Assembly: GCA_965240325.2 (NCBI GenBank)
Contig: OZ251225.1
Coordinates: 3,968,001 to 4,032,000, forward strand
DNA from: Rebecca billardiae RCC1528
Taxonomy: Eukaryota > Protista > Haptophyta
Direction of reading: 5' to 3'
DNA length: 64,000 nt
Positions 11,620 to 22,105 of the stretch are shown here, piece after piece; position 1 is the stretch's first letter; every line of letters starts with the position of its first letter. The position numbers and the translations under genes were made by a program. The notes under the pieces were generated by a model. The model had not been told where the DNA came from, made no database searches, and saw nothing but the letters and a program-made list of their open reading frames with translations.

Positions 11620-12142
11620 GGCCGTTCGCTTTTTGAACGGTGGGGGTCCCGCCCTTCGATTCAGACTTTTTCAGATTGCATCTCGCGGCCGCCCGGTGAG
11701 ATGACGTGTTATTATTAGTTCGTCCGGCCGTCCGTTCTCCATTCTCGCCTTCTCGGACGTGAGACCACGGCTTCCGTGGCAGTCAATCCACTTCAACTCT
11801 CTGTGTCGTGACGTGCGCACACAAGTGATACTATGCTTCAAAGTGTGACACGACATGTACAGAACGACCTCGGCACCGTCGCGCGGGGCCGAGATCCGGC
11901 CACAGGCATCATCGGAGTGCGCTCGGCCCGCAGGCGCCGTGTACGTCTGGCAGCGTCATGGCGAGTCCGCCAGGCGCGGCCGCAGAGTGTGAGTGGGGCA
12001 TCGTCGGCGCGCGGGATCGGTGTGTGGCGCCGTGAAGTACACGAACCGGCGTCCGCTGACAGCGCGGGCAGCTGCGCGGTCGGCAAGCGCCGAATATGCC
12101 GTCGTCGAAACGCCTTCCACGGGCGCCCCGACGCATGGCTGC

Positions 12143-12505
12143 TCACTTGCCGCCCTCGATCTGCGCGCCGGGCCGGCGGCGGCGGCGGCGCGTGGCGCGG
12201 GGGCACGGGTCAGCGGTGGCGCGCGGGCGCGGCGCGCGGGCTCGGCGCGCGGCGCGCACCTTGTCGTCCTCCTTGTCGTGGAGGGTGAAGGGCTTGCGGT
12301 ACTCCTCGCTCACCATCTCGCTCACGCTCCGCCTCTTTGTGCGGTCCTCGCCCATCACCTCCTCGAGGCTGGAGTGGTGTCGGCCCTCGAGCGCGTGATG
12401 GTGCTCGTGCTTGGGCTTCGAGTGGAATCCCTCGCCCTTCGCCTCGGCTGTGGGCACCCACGAGAAGTCCTGGTGCTTCGCCGCTTCGTATTGCCGGATG
12501 CTCAT
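12143..12505 (-). CDS. Small hydrophilic His-rich protein (~87 aa; intron 12161-12259)
   Basis: MSIRQYEAAKHQDFSWVPT...HEHHHALEGRHHSS...DKEDDK|IEGGK*. Strong GC3 bias; gtgcgc...cgcag intron. Confidence 0.65.
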   Translation of the reverse strand: MSIRQYEAAKHQDFSWVPTAEAKGEGFHSKPKHEHHHALEGRHHSSLEEVMGEDRTKRRSVSEMVSEEYRKPFTLHDKEDDKVRAARRARAPRPRATADPCPRATRRRRRRPGAQIEGGK

Positions 12506-12755
12506 TGCTGTGCTGTTGGCCGCCCCCGGCTGGACCTGGTCGGTCGTGGAAGGGTTGTCGAGTCGGAGTGGCCGCTCGATCAAGCCGGCCAATGGCAGCG
12601 AAGCGGCGCGCAAACACCGGCCGCGATTGGTCAGCGTCCCGGCGTTCCACCAATCGCCGAACCCACAGCGGCACTGAAGGGCCGAAACCGAACGCGTGAC
12701 GAGCACTGCTTGAAAGTTCGCTGAAGTTCTCGCTCAACATCGGGTCGACTGCAGG

Positions 12756-13940
12756 ATGGCGGCGCCGACGACGCGCCTCCTGCTCCTCGCCGCCGGCGGC
12801 TTCGCGGCGCGCGCGGGCGGCGCGGAGGAGGGCTGCCGCGTGCGCGGCTGGGGCGTACACGGCGACCTGCTCCTCCCGCGCGGCACGCACGTCGTCTTCA
12901 TGGGCGACTCGATCGCGCGCTTCCAGTACCTCGACCTCGTGTTCAGGCTCGAGTACGGCGCCGAGGCGGAGGCCTTCCTCTCGGCGGCGGTGCACAACCC
13001 ACTGGTCTCGCAGTCCTACGAGAACTGGACGGCCTTCTACGAGCACACGCACGCGATGCTGCGCGGGCGCGAGACGTGTGACTGCTACCGCCACCCGTCC
13101 CGCTGGAGCAAGCACATGATGATGGAGAACAGGCACTACGAGAGCGCAGGACCGTGCGCGCTGCGCGCGAGCTACTTCCAGGTGCTCGGCGAGCTGCCGT
13201 CCAAGGGCATCCTCTCCGGCGCCGAGCTGCGCAGCGGGCGCGGCCCGATGCGGCAGGAGGCCTTCGTCGCGGCGGTGCGCGCGGGCAAGCTCTGGTCGGT
13301 GCGGTGGGAGCGCGCGATCGAGCGGCACGTGCGCCCGCTGCGGCCGACTGTTGTGATGCTCAACGCGGGCTTCTTCAAGTCGGAGTCGGTGGTGTGGGCC
13401 GAGGTGCGCGACGCGGCGCGCGCGGCGTCGGGCTGCGCCGTGTGGCGCACCACCACGCCGGTCTTCTCCGCGCGCAAGCTGATCAGCCCGCCACAGGACA
13501 CGGCGGCGCGGCGCGCGTTTGCCGCCTCGCCGCTGCTCGAGGGCGGCCGGCTCGTGCACGCGCACCTCGCGGCGAGGCTCGGCGTGGGCGAGGCGGCGGG
13601 CGCGGCGTATAACTTCCACGACCGGCTGCACTTCAACGTCACCGCGGGCGGGCCCAACCCGTACCACCTGCTCAACGACGCGCTGCTGCGCGGGCTGCTG
13701 CATCGGCCGCGCGCACCCGTCGGCAGCGCGGACGAGGCGAGCCGCTGGGCTGCTCGGCTGGGCGTGGGCAACGCGACGGCGGCCGCCGTGCTGCGCGGGC
13801 TGCGGCGGGGCCCGTGCCGCGCGCGGGACGCCGTGCTGGCCGGCGAGCACGGCGGGGCGGCGGTCCGATGGGATCCGCCGCTGCCTGCGCGACACCGCCG
13901 CGGGCGCGATGGCCGTCATCAAGTAGACGTAAGACGATGA
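12756..13940 (+). CDS. Secreted SGNH hydrolase / PC-esterase (TBL-like) family protein
   Basis: Signal peptide; VVFMGDSIARFQY (GDS), VVMLNAG, VWRTTTP and FHDRLHF (DxxH). Confidence 0.8.
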   Translation: MAAPTTRLLLLAAGGFAARAGGAEEGCRVRGWGVHGDLLLPRGTHVVFMGDSIARFQYLDLVFRLEYGAEAEAFLSAAVHNPLVSQSYENWTAFYEHTHAMLRGRETCDCYRHPSRWSKHMMMENRHYESAGPCALRASYFQVLGELPSKGILSGAELRSGRGPMRQEAFVAAVRAGKLWSVRWERAIERHVRPLRPTVVMLNAGFFKSESVVWAEVRDAARAASGCAVWRTTTPVFSARKLISPPQDTAARRAFAASPLLEGGRLVHAHLAARLGVGEAAGAAYNFHDRLHFNVTAGGPNPYHLLNDALLRGLLHRPRAPVGSADEASRWAARLGVGNATAAAVLRGLRRGPCRARDAVLAGEHGGAAVRWDPPLPARHRRGRDGRHQVDVRR

Positions 13941-13991
13941 CGTTTTAGTCAGTCGTGGCTCTGTCGTGCTGACGACGGCTCCGGTCACCGT

Positions 13992-14915
13992 CCGGGACGT
14001 CCAGCAGGGGTGCATTCAGACTCTCTGGGGGGGTCTGGGGGGGGCTCCCCCCAGCCGATCGAAGGACCAAATACGCCTCAATAAGGCCCCAACTGGCGCC
14101 AGAATTCGCCGATAGCAGACCGTGTTCGCTGGTGTTGGCTGAGGGCTGCGTCGTGCGGCGTCGGCTCTGCGCCGGGCGGCCATGACGCATTATACACAGC
14201 CCCGATATCGGCGCCTCCCTCGCGAGTCAAGACGTAGCGCAGTGCAGGATCGAGCAACGCATTGACCGCTGCGGCGCACCGCGCACGGGCCACGCCGCAC
14301 CTCAGCACTCGCGAACAAGCTCTGAGCCAGCCAGCTGTGGCAGTCCTCTGAGGAGCTGCAGCCAAGCACGAGCTCGTGCGCATACCCGTGGCACCACGAG
14401 CTGACGGCGCGGCCCGGGGCGCGAGCAGCTAGAAGCCGACAAGCTCATGCGCACGCCCGCACCGCCGCGAGGTGTGGCCGCCGGCGCGAGCAGCTCGACG
14501 CGGATAGCGCGCAGCTTGCTCGAGTCGACGAGCAGCTTCTCGCCCATCGGTGACTCTCAGTGCACGAAGGTGCACCCGGGGCGCGAGCGCGACAGGGTGC
14601 CGCGGCCAACCAGGGGATGCGCCCGGATCAAGGCCTCCAAGGCGTCTCGTCTCCTCGCCCGCTCGGCGGAGCTCCATCGTGCGAGAGACCGGTCCGGGAG
14701 CCCAAAAAAAAGTTCAGCACGATGGAGTCCTCCGTGTTCGACTGTGACGACGCGTTCAAGGACAAAGAAACATACGAAATCGTCTGCGGCTTCGGTTTTG
14801 AACCTGCGGCTTCGTCCGCCGCCCCGGAGATCTTTCGATTGGTACCCTCATCGCTCCCTGGCTCCCAGGGGTTCGTCTAAATGCACCCCCCCCATAGGGT
14901 CAGTGGACGTCCCTG
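13992..14915. mobile_element. hAT-like MITE (degenerate)
   Basis: Ends CCGGGACGTCCA / TGGACGTCCCTG. Second inverted pair GGGGTGCATT(C/T)AGAC at 14007-14021 / ~14875-14889. G-run/C-run hairpin at ~14025-14054. No TSD found. Confidence 0.45.
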
Positions 14916-14920
14916 ACTTA

Positions 14921-16846
14921 CACAGTGGAGAAAGATCGGGCCGAAGCCGTTTGAGCATGGTCGCTTGTGCGCACGCCCATTCGAATCGATGGCGCGCTCC
15001 GAGCGGCGGGCGTGCGCGCATGTGTGCCGCGAGGGGGGCTGCGAGGCGTCGGCCGGCTTGCCAAGGCGGTTCCCCGGGGCGGCGTCACCCTCGCCCGCCC
15101 CTCCTCGCCCACCCTCGCCCCACGGGCGGCCACACGTGACCTGTTAAGATGACTTCACGGGAGCCGCGCGGCACGCGCGCGGAGAGGCGAGGAAGTGGTG
15201 TTTCGCGGAAAAACGTTCTATAGCATTGTGCTCAACCCATGTGGGCACCCGCTCCACACGTTTGTACGCCGCCAAACCGCACACAGCGGCCTGAGCAGCT
15301 CCCAGACTGACTTTCGCTCTTGAAGCCTGTTTTTGGGCCAGATCTTGGTGTGGATGTAGCGCGGCGAGGAGGCGCCGGGCGCGCGCCCGAGCTGCGTGCT
15401 GCCACTCGCCATGACCCATAGACATCGTCCGTCGCGAACGACCCGGCTCGCCTCGACCTCTCCGACCCGCCGGGCAGCCACGACCGAGCGCGCAGCCAAC
15501 GGTGTCCAAACAGAGGCTTCTCAGACCGCGTGGGATGGGCATAGGCGCGAGAGAGGGCGCCCAGCGCGCTCTTGAGATGCACAGGAGCACGCACTGATGC
15601 GTATGGAACCATCCCATCACGATCGCCCCGACCTGGCGCGCCCTATCTGGCCCGTCAGGCTGCCCGCGCCGCCGCCGCCGCGCCTCGCCGCCGCCACGGG
15701 CGCCGCCGCATCGCGGGCACGTGGGTAAGTCTGTATTCAACAAATACAGAATTTCCGGTGCGGCCCTCTGTTGGGCGGCAAGGTCGATCTGGTCGACACC
15801 TTGCCGCGCGGCATGGGCCACGGCGCGGCGAGGTGGCGGCTGGCGCACCGCGGCGCGGGCGGGATGGCTCGAGGACACCACCGCCCCGCCTCCCACGCCG
15901 CGCCGTGCGCGTGCGCCGTGCTCTCGTCGCGTACCGAATTTCCTGCGGCGAGCGACGTCACACAGCGCGACCATGCCATCGCGCGACCAAGTGCCGTCCA
16001 GCGCGGCGATTTGTCGTATTTGTTGAATACATGCGGGTACGAATCGGACGTACGACGCCCTCGACGCACACGTCGAGAGTCACGCGCGCGGCGTGGACTG
16101 GCACGCGACGCGGAGATGGCGGGCGCGGTGCCGCGGGCGCGCGACTGGTCTAGAACAGCACAATGAAGCGCGGGACGGCGCCGCGCGCGTGGGCTCGCTG
16201 CCGTCTCCTCGCAGTCGAATATTTCTGTGCACCCTCCTACCAGGTCAGTCGACCGACTTGCACGCGGCATGCGAGCACTGCGTGCGGGGAGGAGTGTGAC
16301 ATGGCAGGCTGTGGCGAGGTGGATTGCCGTGCAGGTCTACGCTAGGAAGGGCCGCTCCCGCGCTCGCGCGGTGCCTCGCGCACGCCTCGTCGAGGACGAG
16401 CGTGTTTGAATGGCTCCGGAGAAGGCTTACGATCGCTCGTTGATGGGCAGCGCGCGACACGTGCACACGACGAAGGTGACGACCAGGCACTCCGGCGAGG
16501 GCGGCTGTGCTGGTAGCAGACTGCATTCGGAGTAAGATGCGCCATCTTACGCGCCGCTTCGCCTCGCTGCATCGCCGCACTGAGCAGCAGGGCTCCACGC
16601 TCACGAATGGCTCACCACGAGCTACGTGACCGGCCAGCCGCGTGCAACCCGGCGAGGCAGAGAGGGGCGGAGAGATGGGGAGGCTGGGTGGGATGTTGCA
16701 GTCCCATGCCCGGGGCACTCGTCAGGCGCCTGCGCGGCCACCGTAGCGTCTTCTGTGCGCTCGTGCGGCCCGCGCGAGAATTTCCCCGAAAATCGGCTCG
16801 TGTCGGACGGGTTACGGTAACGATAATCCCGTTTTTGTTCACTGTG
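14921..16846. mobile_element. Non-autonomous CACAG-ended (CMC/EnSpm-like) element
   Basis: Imperfect TIRs CACAGTGGAGAAAGATCGGG / CACAGTGAACAAAAA-CGGG, with TA on both flanks. Internal perfect 16-bp inverted repeat TGTATTCAACAAATAC at 15732-15747 / 16016-16031. Confidence 0.55.
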
Positions 16847-17047
16847 TATCGGTGGCTCGGGAGCGACGGGACTGCCCGACACCGTCGATATATATATCGT
16901 ATCACGACTGCTGATGATATCAATCAGCAGCAGCAATTGTAGCGCAGTAACTCTGCCGCTGACGATCCGGATGATCATCGCTCATTCGCTGCGTTTGGTG
17001 CGCCCCCCGAGCCTTTTGGCATGAACCGGTGCTGCTCGGGCCCGTAC

Positions 17048-18310
17048 TCACCCCGTAGGCCGTACCCGCCTGGCCATCACCACGGGTCGTGCACGCGACG
17101 GCGTCGTTACGACGCTGGCTGTGACCAGTGGCGGCAGCTGCGATCGCGGCCGCCGCGCTGCCACAACGTCCGAGGCAGCATTGGCTGTGCTGCTGGTGCG
17201 CTTCCGCTGTCGCTTGGCGGCGCTCACTTGTTTGGTGCTCGCCATGTCTTGCTCCAGCCCGCGCTTGTGCGCACCACTCCGAAGGCGCTTCATGCCGGCC
17301 AGCTTGTGCGTAGCGCACAGGCTGGCACGCGCGTCGCCGGGCATGCCGAACGCAGGCAGCTTGGTGCAGCCGGTGTGATCACACTTGCGGCTCACCACGT
17401 CGACCATGCCGGCCAGCTTGTGCGCAGCGCACCGGCTGGCCACGTCGCCCGGCATGCCGAACGAAGGGCACTTGGTGCAGCCGGTGTGATCACACTTGGA
17501 GCTCCTCACGTCCACCATGCCGGCCAGCTTGTGCGTAGCGCACCGGCTGGCCACGTCGCCCGGCATGCCGAACGAAGGCCGCGTGGTGCAGCCGGTGTGA
17601 TCACACTTGCGGCTCACCACGTCGACCATGCCGGCCAGCTTGTGCGTAGCGCACCGGCTGGCGCGCGCGTCGCCCGGCATGCCGAATGAGGGGCCATTGG
17701 TACAGCCGGCGTGATGACACTTGCGGTTCATCACGTCGACCATGCCGGCCAGCTTGTGCGTAGCGCACCGGCTGGCCACGTCGCCCGGCATGCCGAACGA
17801 AGGCCGCGTGGTGCAGCCGGTGTGATCACACTTGCGACACTTCAGGTTGACCATGCCAGCCAGCATGTGCACAGCACACCGGCTAGCGCGCTTGTCACCC
17901 GGCATGCCGAAGTGAGGCCGCGTGGTGCAGCCGGTGTGATCGCACTGGCGGCTCTTCAGGTCGACCATGCCGGCCAGCTTGTGCGCAGCGCACCGGCTGG
18001 CGCGCGCGTCGCCGGGCATGCCGAACGAAGGCTGCTTGGTGCAGCCCGCGCGATCACACTTGCGGCTCTTCACGTTGACCATGCCGGCCATTTTGTGCGT
18101 AGCGCACCGGCTGGCTCGCGCGTCGCCGGGCATGCCGAACGCAGGCAGCTTGGTGCAGCCGGTGTGATCACACTTGCGGCTCACCACGTCGACCATGCCG
18201 GCCAGCTTGTGCGTAGCGCACCGGCTGGCGCGCGCCTCGTCCGGCATGCCGAATGAAGGGGACTTGGTGCAGCCAGAGTGATCACACTTGCGGCTCTTCA
18301 GGTTGACCAT
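17048..18310 (-). CDS. EsV-1-7 cysteine-rich repeat protein, copy B (9 repeats, three of 37 aa)
   Basis: Same repeat and near-identical C-terminal tail as copy A. Confidence 0.9.
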   Translation of the reverse strand: MVNLKSRKCDHSGCTKSPSFGMPDEARASRCATHKLAGMVDVVSRKCDHTGCTKLPAFGMPGDARASRCATHKMAGMVNVKSRKCDRAGCTKQPSFGMPGDARASRCAAHKLAGMVDLKSRQCDHTGCTTRPHFGMPGDKRASRCAVHMLAGMVNLKCRKCDHTGCTTRPSFGMPGDVASRCATHKLAGMVDVMNRKCHHAGCTNGPSFGMPGDARASRCATHKLAGMVDVVSRKCDHTGCTTRPSFGMPGDVASRCATHKLAGMVDVRSSKCDHTGCTKCPSFGMPGDVASRCAAHKLAGMVDVVSRKCDHTGCTKLPAFGMPGDARASLCATHKLAGMKRLRSGAHKRGLEQDMASTKQVSAAKRQRKRTSSTANAASDVVAARRPRSQLPPLVTASVVTTPSRARPVVMARRVRPTG

Positions 18311-18359
18311 ATGCCGGCCAGCTCGTTGCGCAGCCTCTTGGCGTGATTTGTAGATTGTT

Positions 18360-19866
18360 GCCCGCGCCGGGAGCTGGGGAGCCGATACACACCCGGCCGC
18401 TCTGCGCGTGGTGGAACCACGCTCGCAGAGCGGCCGGGGCTAACCTCAGAGATCGGGCCCGTGACGAAACATGGCAGCGCCTCGGGACGCGTGGCCGGCG
18501 CTGGGGGGCGACACGCGTGGTGCTCGTTTGGCGTGGCGCGGTGTCGGACCGGTCGCGCGCTTGGAAGATGGACGCACCTTCACGTTGTTCGGGCACTCCC
18601 GCATCAGGTCTATGCACGCGCGTCTCTCTCGCCGCCCGCGTGGGGCTCGCTTTCACCAGCCGCCCGTGCACCCGCCTGACAATCGAGCCGCTGTAACTCG
18701 TTATGGGCGGGAATGGGCGGGCTCAGACGCATTCTGCGCGGTGATCTAGTGGTATGTGAGAAGGTTGGATGCGGCCGTTTTCTTGTGGTGGCTTGTCGTC
18801 GCTCACACGCGTCCACTTGGCTACCAGTGCGCACTGCCTGTGACTGCCTGTGCGCACGCGCTCTGACGTCTCGGCTGGGGAGGGATCGGCATGCCGGTGT
18901 CACGACGAGCCGGGGCACACGGAACTAATCGTCTACTCCTAAGCCGCGCGCACCTGGCTGGAAGTGGCTGACGAGCAAGTTGGAACCGAATGCAATCATG
19001 ATGGCACTCTACGCTCTGCTCAGCCTTGTCAGTGCGAGCACGACGGGAACGCCGTACGCGAGGCGAGGCGGCGCAATGAAGCGCGCCCCGATGGCGGAGA
19101 GCTCACCAACATGATCGAAGAGCCCGCCCGCACCCTCAGGCGTGGCCGTGGGGCGCGCGTCCGGGACCGCCTCAGGCCCCTGAGATTCGCCCCGGCCGCT
19201 CTGCGAGCATGGGTTCCCCATGCGCAGAGCGGTAAGGGTGTGTCTCGGCCAGCGCCGGGAGCGCTCGTTGGAACTTGAGCGGGGGTGGAACTTGACACCG
19301 CATTTCCCAGCGAAGTGCCCCATCTCGGCGGGGCTGGCACGGTCGGCATACGCTCCTGAGCGCTCGCTTTGCGGTGCGGCAGGCCTTGGGCAGCCCAGAC
19401 AGACATGCCGCGACCGAATTACCGGGCCATGCGCGCACCACACCCGCGCTACATGGCCTACGCGCTGGACGACTGAGAGGCAACGCCGAACCACTGCATT
19501 CCACTGCCCCGCATGCACCCCGAGTCACCTTCAGAGGGCGTCGACGAGCGCAGAGCGGGTGCGTGGGAGTTCGACCAACTCGTGTACCTTCTTGCAAGCA
19601 CCTGCACCAGCGGCGAGGTCGCAAGCCAAACCTTGACCAGCCGTGGAACTTGAGCTGGTCGGCAGCAAAACCACCGTTCAACCCGGATCAAGTTAGCAGC
19701 CTGCGAGGAGGAGGCGCGGTGCGCGTCCGCGGCTGGCTAGAGGCGTCCGGACCGTGCCGTTCTCTGCCGTGCCCGCGCGCTTCCCGCCGCCGCGGGCCCC
19801 GTGTACGCCCGTCGTCGCCCTCGCCGCGCGGGCGCCAAACCGGCGTCAAGTTCCAACGAGCGCTCC
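18360..19866. mobile_element. MITE-like insertions upstream of copy B
   Basis: Diverged inverted repeat ~18360-18490 / ~19150-19265. Perfect 21-bp inverted repeat GGAGCGCTCGTTGGAACTTGA at 19258-19278 / 19846-19866. This interval is absent from the matching position upstream of copy A. Confidence 0.5.
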
Positions 19867-19982
19867 ATAATACTACCATTACAGTTTACTAAGAATAAGA
19901 GACGCACACAGCTCAGCCAGGCGAGATCGTTTACTCATTCTTATGATTTATAATAACGACTAAGAATAAGAGACGCACAGTA

Positions 19983-21300
19983 CGACGTTACGACCACCCT
20001 TTGCCGTTACGGCTTTACGGGGCCCAGTCGTCCAGATGAAGCGGTGGGGACCTCGGAAAGGAAGCCGTGGCGAGCGTGAATGCCCGTCCCACCGCGATCC
20101 AAGGCGCGTGTGGCACGTCTGGGACAGGGGGGCATGCCACACGCCGGTCGGCGTCGCCGTACGAGCATGTGGGCATGAGTGACAGCTTCCTTTCCGACTT
20201 TTCGACCACTCTCACGTCCACGTCCACGTCCTCATGCGACTGGCGCGCGTGTGAGGCTGCGCATGGGAAGAATGGGCAAGTACTAGTAGGGACTAGGATC
20301 ACCCTTATGACGGCCATGCCTGATGCCGACCTCTAGTTACGACGGTGCAGGCGGCAGTCCGAATGTTCCGTCTAAGGCTAAGCCCACACACCATGAGTCT
20401 GACGATCAATGTTGACTGCGCGGTAGTCGTGCGACCGCCGTCCCACACTGTTGCCGGCCGTGCGAACTACTGTGTGCAGCGTGTGCGCGCCTGTCAATCA
20501 CAATGGCGCCCTCGGCGATCATCGACCGACCGCTAGCGAGCTGAGTCCAGGACTCAGTAACAATAGGGGGGCCAAAGTGGCGCACTGTAGCGTTACTGAC
20601 GGCCACGCGCGCGGGTCCTAGCGAGTGTTTAGAGCTGATTTCTGGCTGGATCATTTGCCCTCTGGAGGGGTTACACTCACGTACTTAACCTGCTTGTCTG
20701 GGACCACAGCCTCGGACGCCACGCCATTAATTGGCGACCTCTCCACCGCTCAATGCCCGTCCAGACTCAGAGGCACGGACGTGCCGCACTACCTGGCCCT
20801 GGGCACCTGGCCCGACTCGGACTACTGGACGGGCTCCACGGCGCCATTTGCCTGGGGTGGCCCACCATCTGGGGTCCAGATGGTGGGGTTGAAATTCCCG
20901 CGTGTCCGTGTGCAGCCCCGTGGCGGACGGGGGGGTCGGCGGGCTGTGCCAGTGCTGTCGCAATGTTTCCTCTGCGGGTTCGCGTCTTTCCACATTCGCT
21001 CGTGGCCGTGGGTGACGGACAGTCCGACAGTCGGACCAGTGACACCTGAAGCTCTCCCACTCGGAGAACGTGTACACGTCCGTCAGCGCAGCGCGTGCAC
21101 ATCGGCATCAGCGAGGCCCACACCCACGAGGGAATGTGCAGCACGCGGGGCGGGGCGGGTAGCCCGTTGCTCCGCGCGAGCGCGGGTACGCGCTGTATGT
21201 GCCGCATCTCGACCGCGATGGCGTAATCGAGCGCCTCGCCGCCGACGAAGCCGCCAGAGTAGATCATGTGCATGTCCTCCTGCCGCCAGCCGAGAGCGGT
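19983..21300 (-). pseudogene. Degenerate ORF upstream of copy B; possible Ulp1/C48 peptidase remnant
   Basis: WRQEDMHMIYSGGFVGGEALDYAIAVEM...RVLHIPSWVWASL; VPLSLDGH*AV (20776-20744); RQ...CGL (20404-20380). DNA homology to 1528-1625 and 3290-3810. Confidence 0.45.
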
Positions 21301-22105
21301 CGTCGCGAGGATGCTTGTCGATGTCGGCTCCAGGCATGATGGGCTCGGCGCAGGTCGCGTTGACGTCGTACACGGCCACCACGCTGAGCACGAGCGCGTT
21401 GACGTTAACGCGGTCGTCGCTCTTCGCATCTTCGACAGGTCTGGCGCTCGCGTGCTCGGCGGCACGAGGAGCTGTTGGTTGTGCGCGCGCGCGCGCACAG
21501 CGACAGCGTGTGCCACTCGCGATCGAGAGTGGGCAAGCGCTGCTCACGCGAGCACACGAATCGCAGCGCATCCATCAACGGCGTGACGACTTCCGCCTCG
21601 TCCCGCAGCGCCTGCGCCATGGACAAGGCCATGGCGCGGCGATGTTGCATGCTCGACGTTTCATCTCTCTGCGGATGGCATCACGGGCTTGTCTGTGTCG
21701 CGCTGCGGCGAGGGTCGCCAACTCGCGAAGACACGGTTGCTGCCACGACGACAGAACCGGGAGGTGCGTCCGCTGCCCATCGTACGCCGTTGGCGCTGCG
21801 CTTCCGTCGCATTGGTCACCGTGGACGCCATGCACGCCGGACGTGGTCGTGGGCTTCGGCTGAGGGACCGCGAGCGACAGTCCGGTGCGCGGATTCCGGG
21901 CGATCGAGTTCAGAAGGCCGCGCCAAATCTTGCCTCGCGTGCGATGGCGCTTCGAACCCGCCCGCGAGACACCTCGTGATGAGGGCCTTGCCGCACCGAG
22001 CTCGACGCGCGGCGGTGGATCGCGGCGGTGGCACTGCCGAGCAACGGTGACGACAGTGCAGTCGTACGGTCGAGTCTCAGCAGTGCGCGCGGCCGCGGCC
22101 GCGTG

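Noticed and set aside
8660-11718. Long antisense or alternate-frame ORFs (also 22925-25162, 27454-31746, 40142-43111, 57136-61014)
   Set aside because: Shadow ORFs caused by very high GC; they are Arg/Ala/Gly-rich, lack motifs and overlap well-supported genes.
16827-16846. True recombination signal sequence (CACAGTG + ACAAAAAC)
   Set aside because: The spacer is 1 nt rather than 12 or 23, and no RAG/Transib ORF is present.
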